Assembly: GCA_951406725.2 (NCBI GenBank)
Contig: OX597827.1
Coordinates: 66,030,001-66,094,000 of the forward strand
Source: Octopus vulgaris
Lineage: Eukaryota
DNA length: 64,000 nt
Direction: 5' to 3'
This document shows, piece after piece, positions 28,297 to 42,798 of this stretch. The notes under the pieces were generated by a model that made no database searches, was not told the DNA's origin, and saw nothing but the letters and a program-made list of their open reading frames with translations. Position 1 is the stretch's first letter; the number at the start of each line of letters is the position of its first letter. The position numbers and the translations under genes were made by a program.

Positions 28297-28921
28297 CAGC
28301 AGCAGCAGTAGCAGACGTCCAAGAATTTGGACCTGGCGATCTCCATTTCCAGCGTCTTCGAGGGCCACCTTCCTGTGGTGTCAGGCGTCAATGAAGAGCC
28401 CTCTACTACAACAAGACGACCAAAGTATTTTTCCAAGGTCTGGGGTCTCCCGCCCCTAAGCCCTAGACCATCACCTAATCACCCTCGCCCGTCTTGTTGC
28501 TTAACACCACCAATAACAGAAGCAGCAGCAGCAGCAGCAGTAGCAGTAGCAGTAGTAGTAGTAGTAGCAGCAGTTGTAGTAGTAGTAGTAGTAGTAGTAG
28601 TCATGGTGGTGGTGGTGGTGATAGTAAAGAAACGGGATAGCAAAGAACCAAAAGAGCATCCGTAGGCCTGAAGAACGCGCTGTTGTGTGTAATGATTCTT
28701 TCTGGTGGCAGAGTTTCATTTATTTTTATGAGCTGTCTTTTCAATTAATCTATTTTTCATTTATGTCTGTTTTAAGAAATACAATATTTAAATATTTTAG
28801 CTATTTTGGTAAGACGATGTTGCCCAGTTTTCTTCTCAGATGACATACGAGTAGATATGAAAGGTTAAATACGCAAAAGAAAGGGGTAAATATTGTCAGT
28901 TAAGCAATATCGACGTGGAAG

Positions 28922-29300
28922 GGAGGCGCAATGGCCCAGTGGTTAGGGCAGCGGACTCGCGGTCGTAGGATCGCGGTTTCGATTCCCAGACCGGGCGTTG
29001 TGAGTGTTTATTGAGCGAAAACACCTAAAAGCTCCACGAGGCTCCAGCAGGGATGGTGGTGATCCCTGCTGTACTCTTTCACCACAACTTTCTCTCACTC
29101 TTACTTCCTGTTTCTGTTGCACCTGTATTTCAAAGGGCCGGCCTTGTCACTCTCTGTGTCACGCTGAATATCCCCGAGAACTACGTTAAGGGTACACGCG
29201 TCTGTGGAGTGCTCAGCCACTTACACGTTAATTTCACGAGCAGGCTGTTCCGTTGATCGGATCGACCGGAACCATCGTCGTCGTAACCGACGGAGTGCCT
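28922..29300 (+). mobile_element. Full-length tRNA(Arg)-like-head SINE (OR-like)
   Basis: GGAGGCGCAATGGCCCAGTGG (A box)..GGACTCGCGG..GGTTTCGATTCCC (B box), then body and tail CGTCGTAACCGACGGAGTGCC. Confidence 0.88.
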
Positions 29301-30349
29301 CCTCCTCTCTCGACGTGGAAGGTGGACGATTAAAAAAGAATGAAGAAGTAGAAATAGAAGTAGAAGAAGGAGGAGGAGGAGATGAAGAAGAAAGAATTAC
29401 ACGGCGAATGAATAGATTCACAAATGATTGACTAACCAGCTGTTGGAATCTTATACGAAATTGCTGCTCTCAATAATCGAAAAGAGAATTTTTAACGAGG
29501 CATTAAAACGTATGGAAGATTGAATTACTAATTAAGAGTTAACTTAAATATTAATAAATATTTTATGATTAATTAAAAGGAAATAATTAACGATTATACA
29601 TAATTCATCACTGATCATAAAGATTTTAAATAATAATTATGTTTGTTAAGAAAATGTGAAACATAATCACAAATATGTGTGCTAAAAAGCAATTATTAAG
29701 CAAAAAGCTATTGCTTAAGATTGAAACGAAGCTTGAATCTTTACAATAAAATTTAAAATTACTTTACGTCATTAATCTATCATTGCAAACCCGTGATGTC
29801 CATATGTAACCCTGACAAACACACACAAACACACACTCACACAGCACACACATATACACCAAGAAAACGTAAACGCCATCTCAAAGTAGTTGTTCCATCT
29901 ACTACTAGTTTAACCCCAGGCAGATCTTCCGCCAGATGGTTTTTGGTGCACCGCTACACTGACTACCTGCTATGGGAGGATATGCCTGGAGTTAAATTAA
30001 TAGTAACGTGGAACAGAAACTTTGATGTGGCAATTAAGTGTGTACAGGTGAAATATTACCTGTATAACTTTTCATAAATTACATGCAGCTGCCACCTGCT
30101 GAAGAAAAAAGGCAGTTTTGGAGATGTTTATTCATACAATTTGTACGATTAATTTTATTTATAAAAAAGCCTATATTTAGAAAAATACACATTCAACGTA
30201 AACAAATGTAAATTCTACATGACTATTACGATATGCAATAAAAATAAGCATGGACTAACCTCAAACAAAATACATGAACAGTGAACACCATAAAAGAAGC
30301 GTTAATATTATTTGCTATTTGAAGTGTCTTGATTTATTTATATTTAATA

Positions 30350-32100
30350 TGAATGTGTGCCTATTTTCGTAGCCTGTTCTGACGACAGAAGCTTTTGTCA
30401 CTTAATGCTCGACTCCTTGGCTACAAGAGAGAAGCGGCATTGCTGTTATTGGTTCTAAACGAGCTTTAAGAATATCACCATTTCTAAAGTTGCGTTAAAC
30501 TGGAGGGGTTGTTATAACTTCATTTTCCCAGTTAATCAAATCAACATAATGCTGTGCTTCAAAATTAATTTTGTTTAGCAGTTTGAAATGTCTTAATTCT
30601 TCACGGGGCATTCGGGGAGAAGTTTTTGCTTTAATAATTTGCTGTATTACTACTTCCCTAATTTCTCATCTTCTATCATTCAGCATAGTTAGTATATTAT
30701 TCTCCAGATCGGCAAAATGCGAATTAATTTCTCCATAACTTCTTTATGAGCTTCGTTCATATCTTGCATTAGATGTGCCATATACCAAAAATGACTAGCT
30801 CCTTCATTTAACTTTGGGTGATATTTAATCCAAAACCAGCTTGGAGCATAAAATTGCGTTACGATTTTAACAAGATCGGTAATATTCTTCAGGGGATTTT
30901 TTCGGAAACATATATGCGATGAATTTTGTTCGCACGTGTTAACCATCTTGCATGATGGATTTTACCAAGTGTTCTTGATGTTAGCTTCTCAGAAACAAAG
31001 CAGGCCTTAATATTGAGGCACATTTCGTACAGATATTTTTGATCTGAACTTAAAGTAAGAAAAACTTCTAATAACACGATTTAGTTTTTACTGGAGAAAA
31101 TTTGATTAATTTTAAGTTCGTTATCTCTTTAATTTTATTGCCAATTAACCATTTTGATGTTTGTGTTCGTGTTGTTTTACCATCTATGGTTTTAATTACG
31201 TGTCGAAACGGAAGCTTATCTGTATGCAGCAGGCATATCATCCACTGAAGTTGTTTATTTAAGTATAATGCAATTATTTTAATTACACCCCTCCTAAATG
31301 ACGAGTGTTTACTGAGTGCCATCATATAATACAGCCTTTAAACTTTTTTGTCAGAATCAATTTAAAAGGTAAAGCAACGAGCTGTTCCATTATCTGAGGA
31401 AACATGATCTAAATACTCATCACCGGGCTCTTTCACAATAACGGAGGGCTCTCCACTTTCCATCCTTCTTGCTGTTTTAGTTTCACCCTTTGTGTGACCA
31501 AAACCGATGCAGTCGAGCTTTGTATTTTCTGTTTTCAATGTTATAATATTGCTCATTCCAGCTGTTTTCTTTCTCTTTCAACCTTTTTCTTATCTAGCAT
31601 ATTTGTATCATCTAAAATTCCCATGACTGCCAAAGCTGCATTAATAACGGCAGCAGCAGTTCAGCAACTTCTTACCCGGTATCTGCGATGGCTGGATACT
31701 CATATGTAAATATGTTTTGTTGGTTTGCTCTCTCCTCATTGCCAGGCTTAAAATCGACTTCATCGTTATCATTTTCACATGAGTCACAAATATCTACATT
31801 AATATCACTTGGCCAATGATAACTAGTTGAAGCAACGTCCATATCTAAGTGTATCTTTGCATCCCGTTTCCAAATATTTGCCTTTCGTCTGCAGTTCATT
31901 TTCTACCGAAGGTATTTGTTTTTCTACAGGTCCTGACTGATCAAATCATTTTTCCTGTCCAGCAAAATATTCCTATTACAGTCAGATCTGTTTATTTGTT
32001 TGTCATAAAATGTGCAGGTGCATACATACAGGTGTATCAAATATTTCATTGAACTCCTCTAATTTTTTATCAAATCTATTTCCTCTTTGCTTGATAAGTA
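30350..32100 (-). pseudogene. Degenerate DDE transposase of a DNA transposon (Sola2-like; family call tentative)
   Basis: Collinear frameshifted motifs EPGDEYLDHV, GVIKII..LQWMICLLHTDKLPFRHV..IDGKT, LSSDQKYLYEMC, HHARWLTRAN, FYAPSWFWIK and SCSQGVEH*VTKAS. Confidence 0.75.
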
Positions 32101-33111
32101 TATTGTTTAAATTATAAGTAGATTCATTCAATCTCTCAATTTTTAGAGCTATACCCTAAATAAAGGCAAAATTGTTCGACATTGTTTGTCCATCTACAGC
32201 AACAATCAGGTTGCATTCTTCCGTTGTGGGTAAAATTTTGGATATCTGTTCTTCATGGCTTCTTATGTGTAAATAATGTCGAAAAGCACCAGCCTTAGAT
32301 GGATTCATTGCTGTAGGAAATTTTGCAGGAAATCCAAATGCTAAATTATGGCCTTTTGCTTCTAGTAACCAATATATAATTTTATATATTTTAAATTTAT
32401 GGAGGTATTTTTGTAAAATTATAGTACAATTCAGCTGAAATAATCTGAAAAACAAAAGAAAATCATTTAACAAATATATACATTTTCTAAAAAAAAAACC
32501 CATTCATTTGTGACATTGAAAAGTTGTAATTTTAGCATGTTGGAAACGTGCCTGCCTACTAGTTGTCTTATATCTCAATGGTTTTGGTAACTTTACTCAT
32601 CAGATATTTTAGACAGGCCTCATGTAATGGTATATGATGAAATGCTTCATATCCTTAGGCAATTTAGTATATATGTGTTAGAGAGTATATTATTAATATA
32701 GAAAATTAGAATATTTTATTGTGGCGGGTGTATGCAAGTGATACGGCGGGGTAACATAGTCCTAATTTGAAAATTCCTGCATACCGTGGAATTAAGGTTC
32801 TTAAAAAATGTTTGTTTCGAACCCACTCTAATATATATATATATATATATATATAAATCCCCTCCAAATATGCACACACACACATATTTTATTACTACTA
32901 CTAATATTTTTACTATAATCATTTCTTAAATATAGCCATGAAGCAAGTGTCGTTATTCTACCAAATATATACGTTTTATTTATTATTTTGCACATTATTT
33001 AATCATCGGTATATTATTGTTATTTTATATTTAATATTTCTATTCTATGTAATTTTCTAGATGGTGTAATTTAATTTTTCATTTTAAATCGATAAAAGGT
33101 GTTCTTTTCTA

Positions 33112-33181
<70 letters not shown>

Positions 33182-33982
33182 CCCCTCCAAATATGCACAT
33201 ACAGAGTAACGGATACTTGTGTTTCCGCACGTGAATGTGTTTCACTGTATCACACAGCATATGACGGTATGTTGAAGCGTAGCATAATTTAACGCTTATA
33301 CAAACTTGCATGTCGCAGGCAACAAGGGAACATTTAAGATAGACAATCGCTAACCAATCGTATTCGAAGTTCCACGTGCAAGTCACGAATAGATTTTACA
33401 AATATTCTTACGAATCTTCACATGGCGCCGTACTGTATTTTCAGCAGAGCATTAATTACACGAGGGTCATTTTTCTTCTCTGCATATAACCCAAAAAAAT
33501 AATAAACAAACAACTTATAGAATATAGTCAGTAAAATGGTAAGCAAAAATCAAATACTAAATACCACACACATCCCCCAAAACGCATTTATCTTCTTTTT
33601 CTTCACTTTGGGATTACTTCTTTTTCAAGCATCTATTTGTTTTTTCTTATGTATTTCCATGAAGCTATGGCGATGTCTCTGAAAAGAAAATGACTTTCAG
33701 TAGAGTAAGTTTTTTCTGTCTCTTTCGTCTACGAAATTGCCTATCGTCATTTTATGAAGTTCATAACCTTTCCTAACGCATTAGGGGAATAAGTAGAGTA
33801 TAGTTGATATTAAAATGATTTGGATAATGGTAATAGCATCATTTATCCAATAGCCCTAGAGCTTCGTTTCCTATCTAACTAACAGATCGAGTAAACACAT
33901 AAGCACTCACACAGAACACATACACGTATCTCATTCTCTTTCTCTCTATATATATATTTATATACATGTGTGTATATATATG

Positions 33983-34049
<67 letters not shown>

Positions 34050-34137
34050 TTATCTATTAATCTCGCGTTTTGTAGATAAATCATTAAGAATGTATAAATA
34101 AAGCTAGGGAATATGCATACATGTATTCTTTACACAC

Positions 34138-34178
<41 letters not shown>

Positions 34179-34253
34179 TATATATATATATATATAGGGA
34201 GAGAGAGAGGAAGCGAGGGTGAGAGAAAGAGAAAAAGAGAGAGTGAGAGAGAT

Positions 34254-34312
<59 letters not shown>

Positions 34313-34817
34313 TGCGTTTATGTACGTACGTATGTATGTATATAACGTCGTATGACATTGAATAATGTCATACGACGACATATAAATTTGTAGATACGTC
34401 TATATAAATATCATTTACACATAGAAATAATGCGCTTATCTTACTGACGCAACTAATCATTACCTTTCGCTTTATGAGTTTTTTGACCTCCTGTACGTAA
34501 TATCCAATACGTATAATGGTCCCTGCATGAGCTTATAATACATTGCTGCAGATTTTTTCGAGTAAATTATTTATACATATTTTTCGTTGAGGGTATTAAC
34601 TTGAGAGTGATCCAAGATATTCTTGCATACTTCATTTTGTTTTCATGCATTAACATTTCTGAGAATGTTTTTATTGGCTATCAATATTTCATTATAAAAT
34701 TTTTACCCAAAGTGTAGTAAACTAATATAAATATATTTCATAACAACGTCAGCAATTATTCTAGCAAAAATGATTATGATGATGACAATGATGACAATGA
34801 GGATGATAACTATCATA

Positions 34818-34880
<63 letters not shown>

Positions 34881-34894
34881 GTAATAATAATAAT

Positions 34895-35448
34895 ATGCCC
34901 TGATGCAGTACCAGTCTGTGATTCTCATGGCTTCTGGTCTTAACTGAATGGAAGTGTTATGTACATTGTTTTGCCTTGGTATTAATAGATGGGCTACAGC
35001 AAATATTCTGCTCAATACCACAGATTTGCTTGTCAGATGTTTGACCATAATCAATTGAGCATGCCCCTTAGTGGCTGACGATATGTGCATCTCTGATCAG
35101 GAGCAGAATTAGTGGGGGAGCATCATAGCCATATGTTGAGAGGGATTATTTGTGGTTTGAATAATTCACCTCAGGAAACATGGGTGTTGTGTTCAATATC
35201 CTTAAACAACACTTATTCAAGGACCTTTCGAGCGGGAGGGGCTATTCAACCTGAAGAAAATTCTAACTGGGCCCCACCTGCAAGTTTATGCGCTGCTTAT
35301 ATTGATATGAGATCCCTATGCCGCACACATATGGTTTTGATGCATGTACCTTGTATACCTTTATCAGAAGTGTAGTAATGATGGGTATACTGGGCTTCGT
35401 ATATTTTACATCATTGTCATTTTGTTGGCATGCACTGCTCTCTCACTC
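34895..35448 (+). mobile_element. 3' non-coding end of a (TAA)n-targeting retroelement (Dong-like 3' UTR or non-autonomous partner)
   Basis: Flanked by (AAT)n on both sides; the homolog at 44685-45143 has the same 3' end (GCACTGCTCTCTCACTC-AATAAT) and a different 5' truncation. Confidence 0.7.
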
Positions 35449-35449
35449 A

Positions 35450-35480
<31 letters not shown>

Positions 35481-35482
35481 TG

Positions 35483-35534
<52 letters not shown>

Positions 35535-35555
35535 TAATAATAATAATAATAATAA

Positions 35556-35586
<31 letters not shown>

Positions 35587-36498
35587 AAGAAGAAGAAGAA
35601 TGTTTTACGAAATATTCTTTTTTACAAACAATAATATATACGTGTAATATTTTCTGTGGTCCCCAATTAGTGTCTATGAAATTTAGCTTTTGAAAAAAAA
35701 TTTTTAGTAGGTCTTTAGTCAACGTTTATTGATCTAACAACTTTCCACATGTCATATCAGAAATATACGTTCATGCATAACATCATAGTTAACAATTTTC
35801 GCTTCCTAATCATATTCAACTGAGTACCAACTTCCTCAAATAGCTTCTACAAAAATTGCGGTGATGTATACCAAACGTGCCTGCGTGCTAGTGTGTGTGT
35901 ATGTATACGCGTGCGCTAGAAAAAGTGTTGGTGAGAGTGTATCTATGTGTGAGCTCGCGTGCAAGCGTTTATAAGGGCGTGCTTACAGTTATGTAGTATA
36001 CATAATGTAGATATACCATAGCAATGGTGGAACCAATAGGCATTGATAAAATGTCGTAACATTGAACATAAACTGGAGTTAACATGCTCCACTAAACACT
36101 TGAATTATAGTCTGCCGCATGACCTCAATATAGGAACTAGTAAAGAAACTATATGAATGAATATACACAATGCACAATTTAATATAATCCTTTATCGGTC
36201 ATACGAATCGTATAAATGATATAAATTTTGTATTCCTAATTGGTTACGACTTCGATTCATTTTAATGTTTTGAAGCGTGACGACAAAGGGAGGTAAGTAG
36301 TATGGTATTGATATATATATTCATTGATTCAATGAAACTATATCTGTTATTTGTAGTAATTCAATGTTTCCATAATTCATAAATAGCACCACTGACTAAT
36401 TTGTCCTCCTCTCAATTCATTGCTTATCACAATTCATTTTTCCTTATACAGTCTTCAGTAACTGAGCGTTACATCCAAATGTCTGCAGAATGTCTTCA

Positions 36499-36562
<64 letters not shown>

Positions 36563-36563
36563 C

Positions 36564-36903
36564 ATGTTTGATTTTTGCTTTATATTTGTACAAGTTGGCT
36601 CCAAGTCTCACCCAGAGACCTCAAGAGACAACAGGTTGGAAGTTCACGTTGTTGTTATACCTAGTGTGCCATATATTTGGTTTCGTATTTAGTGTTATAC
36701 TAGTGAATGTCTAAAAAAAAACATACGAAAATTATGTTTGTTTTAAAACTTGAGATTACATAGAAGTATTTTACGTAGGATATGAGCAGCTCCCATGAGA
36801 ACTATCTTTTGAATTTCTGCCATTTTTGGGTTTCCTGGTATCTGAGTTAGGTAGCAATCAGCCCCTTTTGCTATCATTCCCAGGGCACCTATGACAAGAG
36901 GTA

Positions 36904-36905
<2 letters not shown>
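36564..36905 (-). mobile_element. Shorter 5'-truncated copy of the Dong/R4 element at 13826
   Basis: Near-identical 3' UTR and C-terminus (..VIGALGMIAKGADCYLTQIPGNPKMAEIQK..); lies within (TTA)n. Confidence 0.88.
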
Positions 36906-36973
<68 letters not shown>

Positions 36974-36975
36974 AC

Positions 36976-37055
<80 letters not shown>

Positions 37056-37071
37056 GTTATTATTATTATTA

Positions 37072-37195
<124 letters not shown>

Positions 37196-37196
37196 C

Positions 37197-37534
37197 ATTC
37201 AGTAGTTTTATTTTAATAGCGAGCTTTCACTCACTACCGAACGCAGCACTGTTTGCCTTGGGCATGTGCTGTGATTTGTTGTGATGCTCTAGTGGTTACT
37301 GTATTGAAAGTGTTTTGCGTAGGATGTGTGCAGCGCCCAGTAGTGCAATTTTCTGTATGTTATATGAGTTTTTTAAGTCCTGGTATTTTTGTTATGTATT
37401 TGTCTGAATATTTTTTTATCGTACCTAATGCACCTACTATGATAGGAATTGTTTCTGTTTTTATATTCCACATTCGAGTTACCTCTATTTCCAGGTCTTT
37501 GCATTTTAAAAGTTTCTCCATTTCTTTTAGAGAC
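37197..37534 (-). mobile_element. 3' fragment of a second Dong/R4-type family
   Basis: Minus-strand translation SLKEMEKLLKCKDLEIEVTRMWNIKTETIPIIVGALGTIKK; different 3' UTR; (TTA)n on both sides. Confidence 0.8.
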
Positions 37535-37644
<110 letters not shown>

Positions 37645-37799
37645 GTTATTATTATTATTATTAATTATTCCTTGATAAAATTTAGTTTATAATTTGTGGT
37701 CTGGGTGAGAATGAAAATCTTTCTAGAAGTCATTTCATATTTTCCCCCGGAATAATTTATATTTCTGCGATGTTATTGCAGGTAAGGCTATGTGCGTAT

Positions 37800-39305
37800 A
37801 CGCTATATTGAGGCAGACTATCGTTTTGTATATTCTTGCTATTTGCTCTTTCTTTATTCTTAAGATTTAATCCATTTTCAGCTTTCTTTCGTGCGAACAG
37901 ATTTGTTTGTTTAGTACCTTGCCATATATTTGTTAAATATGAATGCTATAGATGCATATTAACTATTTCAATTAGAAGAACGTATATTTTAAAATATCCT
38001 TTGCATTTGAGATTTTCATAGATTGTGGTGTCTTGTCTAATTTTGTGCCCATGAAGACTTCTAAAATTCAGGAAATATACCAACACTTGTTTTGAATACA
38101 CTCTTCGAGGACACTCCCTTTAGTCTCCACACACCTTCCATAAATTATCCATAAATTATGTTTCCATATTCTCTGGAGCACCATTCATTTTTTTTCAAAA
38201 TTGAGAATTTGTCCCTTTCTTTTATAAAACCCCTTAGTTTTATAAAGTCAGTTATGTTTTTCGGAAATTGCTGTTGGTTTAATATTAATTTAATTTGACC
38301 AGCGTTAATACGCTCAGTATATGGTACAGAAAAAGAACATGTCCAGTCAAATTCCATTTTGAATTCGATAACTTTAAGGATTTGAAATATAATTACTTGT
38401 AATTTAGCAATATGCGAATGATGGAATACATTCCTCTAATACGATAACCACCATTATATTTCATACAATATCTAATTTGCATGAAATAAACCAAAAAATT
38501 AGAAGTGTCATCTCGGCGCAATCGATAGAGCTCTGATAAATATCCTCTTAATGCAACTCTGTCATATCACCTCTACACACATATCTTACAGTCTTTTAAT
38601 CCTTACCTTCTCATTTCATCCTCTCCCTCCCAACACCTCTCCCATCCTCCCATAACATTATCTTGGCCACTAACTAACAGTCCCTCTGTCACTTCCTTCA
38701 TCATTTCTTCATTTTTTTCACTATTTGCCTTTTCTCTCTCCCTTTTGTCACTTAATTTCACTCTTTGCTTTCCTCTCTCGCCCTGTTTTCGTTTTTTCTT
38801 TTTTCTATCATTCTTCCTCACATTGTCTCTTCCTGTTTTCGATTTGACTTATCTCCTCTTTTTAATCATACACATCTCTCCTCACTCCATCTATCCATAC
38901 ATCCCCCCCATCTATCCATCTATCAATACATTCTCAAATTTTCATTCACACCACAAAACACTTTCGAACGAGCAACACTGATTCCACGACTCCATGCTTT
39001 GAAATGACTAAATATGAACTTACACCACATGAACAGGAAAGATTTTTACCACTTCTATACAAAATTCTCCTCGAATAATGGAACTGCAACTACACTATTT
39101 TCATATGTCTTACTTCTAGTTTCATTCTCTTTTTCCTTCTATATTATCTATCTTTTCCACAATAATTCGAACTCACATACCTTCTGACGCCGTCTCTGAT
39201 GAAGGGATATCCACAATATCACAGAAACAGCTGTAAGATCATTTCATTATAAATGTCCTGAAAACTCCTCACAGCCTTAGATTTGTTATCTTATTCCGTC
39301 TCATA
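37800..39305 (+). mobile_element. Probable heavily decayed Penelope-like element 3' region
   Basis: Remnant EHVQSN/HFEFDNFKDLKYNY..RMMEYI near 38335-38435 resembles a GIY-YIG C-terminus; a pyrimidine-rich region and a hammerhead at 39192 follow. Confidence 0.4.
39192..39239 (+). ncRNA. Type I hammerhead ribozyme motif
   Basis: gtct-CTGATGA-aggGATATccacaATATCaca-GAAAC-AGCT-GTA-agat; palindromic stem III (ACAGCTGT). Confidence 0.7.
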
Positions 39306-39709
39306 TATATAAATATACGTATATATGTAAGGAAAGTAGGAGACTATATGACCCATATATAAGTGTCCATATTCTGCGAATCTATGTATATATATATATA
39401 TAAAGATACTTGTTTATCTATGTTTTTTGTTTAGGTGAATATGTGAACAAATGTGCATACGATAATATGGAAAACGCCAGCTACGTCTAAAAGAAAAGTT
39501 ATTCCGTACAACTAAACAACACTTAACACTTACGAACCTATATATACCTCTATATATATTAATCCAGAGTTCTCTATGATTACATTTCACACATAATGTT
39601 TTTTTATTATTTCTTTATCTCTGTTCTATTTTTTGTCTTTGAAAACTCCTCTATTTGATTTTTTTCTTATACTCATCTCATTTTCACAGGCTCGGATTTA
39701 TTTGCATCT

Positions 39710-39760
<51 letters not shown>

Positions 39761-40589
39761 TTTCAATATGTGACTGGTGCGTACTTATATGCTTTCTTAT
39801 TTGAATGCGTGTGTATATACTTAGACAAAAAGACGCAAGAAAACACAATCACACGATTACAAACATACAAACATAAACATAAATTCACATACGCACAGAC
39901 AAAAACTGATGTTGTATATATATATATACATACAACTATACACACAAGCGTATATATATCTATATATATATATGTTCGTGTGCTTGCGTGAGTGTGTGCA
40001 TGTGATGGTGTGAGTGTGTGTGTAAGTGCACATTAAGATAGTAAAGTGCATGCTGTTTACGCTGTTTAGCTTAGTGAAACCTTTCCATTAAAAACGGTCT
40101 CGGAGTTTAAACAAGAAGAGGAAAAGGAGGATAAAAAAGTCGCATGTAAAACACAAAGATGTACCGTGGATAAACCACTAAAGCAAATTAACAATAGATT
40201 GCGACTTTTTTTTATGATTTTCCAAATATTTTTTTCCTTTCGTTTATCCTTGAAGTCATTCGGTAAAGATGTCCTATTAATTCTGCCTTCCTCCAGGTAT
40301 TACGAAGTTAGATAAATGGTTCTGGCATGTTTCCTGGAAGCAAACTTTTATGCACGAACTCACGCGCTCGCACACACACACACGCAGACACACACACACA
40401 AACACGCACTCTCAAATATACATATATACACATGTACACACACACACACACACATATATATATGTTTGTGTACACTTGTCTGTACACATAGATATATAGC
40501 TATATAGACACATAGTTATAAAGACATTATAACACAGATGAGATGGTGTTCACTACAGCTGTTTCGGATGTGTCCTGTGTTGATACACA

Positions 40590-40810
40590 AAATGTTTTGC
40601 AGCTTGAACACTATCTCCAGCAGCTTCCCGTAGCTATCTAATGTGAGCCTATGACCCTGTTCAAACGTATGTGGCGAGATAATGTTTCTCTCTCTGGAGA
40701 CAAACACAAATATTATTACAGTCTGGGTGAACGTGATTTTCATTATACGTCGGACAAATCAGAGATTGAAGACAAGCCACTTGTTGTTCCTAGCGGCAGT
40801 CATGAAATCT
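40590..40810 (-). pseudogene. Tc1/mariner-superfamily (maT/DD37D-like) transposase fragment
   Basis: RNNKWL..IMKITFTQTVIIFVFVSRERNIISPHTFEQGHRLTLDSYGKLLEIVFK resembles the KFP-TVMV-GVVS-EG-VMPPH-F-GLRLN-Y segment. Confidence 0.55.
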
Positions 40811-41857
40811 GCTAAAAAATTATATAAGCTTTCCTTTTATATTGCTAAAATCTCATGCTAGGAGTGGAAAAGTTATTTCTTTGTTATTCACTTTTTTCTT
40901 TGAATATTGTATATATAAAGGAAAACATCTAGAGAACGAAAAATAACTGTTCACATTCCCTTATACTCACATTCGCCATATTGAGTTTAAATGTCTGAAT
41001 GAGAAAAGTGGATGGCTATTCGGTGGACTCGGAGTCTCATATCTAAATATCAAGGACGTTCTGCCATTATACCAACACAACCCGTTGCCTTTTTCACCAG
41101 ACTTGTTAGAAGATTTGTATTTAGCAGAAGCTGGAATCAAAGTTTTACACCTTATTAGATATAGCTTTATTTACTTCGAATGTCAACGTTAAAAGTATAG
41201 TTTTTTTTGTATAGCTCAAAATTCTTATATTCTTATGAGGTGAAGAATATACGTGTATGAATATACGAAAATATTTATGTGATTGTGTGCGAGCGTATGT
41301 GTGAGATTTCATTACTTAATATTTATTTATAAATACATTAACATATATATGTGTTTCTGTATCTGCGTGAGTGTGTGTGAGTATGTGTGAATGCGCGCGC
41401 GCGTGTGTGCGTGCATACTGAATACATTCATACATGCAAGAACAAAGCAATGAAATATTGGAGTCTTTTAGAGAATGAGAGGTGGATTGAGGATAGGATG
41501 AATATGGAGAGATATTGGGAATACTATGTCTGAAAAATATAGTAAAGGAATGTCAATTATGAAATACCGCTAGCTCTGTTATATGCTTTCGTGGTCAAAA
41601 CGAAGATGAGCGCTTAAATCACGCCTTCTATAGAAGTCCCGAATAATAGGAACGAAAACACATTGGGTGTTACAGATGTTGGTGTAGTATACCTGAAGTA
41701 ATAAGCAGACAACGTGCTAATTATTTGATAACTATTAAAAGAATGAAGACCAATATATGCGATGAGCAAAGCAGTATTGCAAAGTAACAGATAAACTGAA
41801 TATCTGCCTAGAAATTCCCATTTAGTAATTTGTAGAGTGTGTAACTCTCGAAAAAGA

Positions 41858-42263
41858 ATACTCTCTTTACTCTCTTTTACTCTCTTTTACTTGTTTCAAT
41901 CATTTGACTGCGGCCATGCTGGAGCACCGCCTTTAGTCGAGCAAATCGACCCCGGGACTTATTCTTTGTAAGCGCAGTACTTATTCTATCGGTCTCTTTT
42001 GCCGAACCGCTAAGTGACGGGGACGTAAACACACCAGCATCGGTTGTCAAGCAATGCTAGGGGGACAAACACACACACATACACACACATATACATACAT
42101 ATATACGACAGGCTTCTTTCAGTTTCCGTCTACCAAATCCACTCACAAGGCATTGGTCGGCCCGGGGCTATAGCAGAAGACACTTGCCCAGGATGCCACG
42201 CAGTGGGATTGAACCCGGAACCATGTGGTTGGTTAGCAAGCTACTTACCACACAGCCACTCCT
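41858..42263 (-). mobile_element. Full-length OK-like CORE-SINE with internal microsatellite and (AGAGTAAAAG)n tail
   Basis: tRNA-like head at 42263, CORE-like motif, internal (CA/TA)n, repeated TACTCTCTTT tail. Confidence 0.9.
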
Positions 42264-42584
42264 TACTAATCATAATGGTTATCGTTTTACTATAAATTGC
42301 AAAATGCTCTATGGTAATGATAATGATGGTTGCAGAGGTCTCTAGAACTCGGGTAGAATGTGTGTAGTTAGTTGTGAACAACAGTTGTAAAGAAATTCTA
42401 AAATTTGAAGCTGATAAATTGCTGGTGTGTGAAAAGCTGATATCATCTGGATTCAGCCGTCTAAGATATATGATATTTTGTCACCGTCGCCTTTACAGAT
42501 TATTCAGCAGTAATCGCGCACGCACATACGCACACACGCACATGTATATGACAAAGGAGATTTGTAGGTCCATAGTTTTTTTTT

Positions 42585-42798
42585 TTACTACCCACAAGGG
42601 GCTAAACACAGAGAGGACAAACAAGGATAGACAAACGGATTAAGTCGACCCCAGTGCGTAACTGGTACTTAATTTATCGACCCCGAAAGGATGAAAGGCA
42701 AAGTCGACCTCGGCAGAATTTGAACTCTGAACGTAACGGCAGACGAAATACGGCTACGCATTTCGCCCGGCGTGCTAACGTTTCTGCCAGCTCGCCGC
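42585..42798 (-). mobile_element. tRNA-derived SINE (GTCGAC/CATCCTTTCGGGGTCGAT family)
   Basis: Homologous to 7655-7890 and 52813-53046. Confidence 0.88.

Noticed and set aside
28922-28995. tRNA-like sequences with A and B boxes (also 46081, 51264)
   Set aside because: They are SINE heads continuous with SINE bodies; no proper cloverleaf.
40545-40590. Minus-strand GGA-CACA-TCC-GAAAC-AGCT-GTA, half of a hammerhead
   Set aside because: No CTGANGA upstream.
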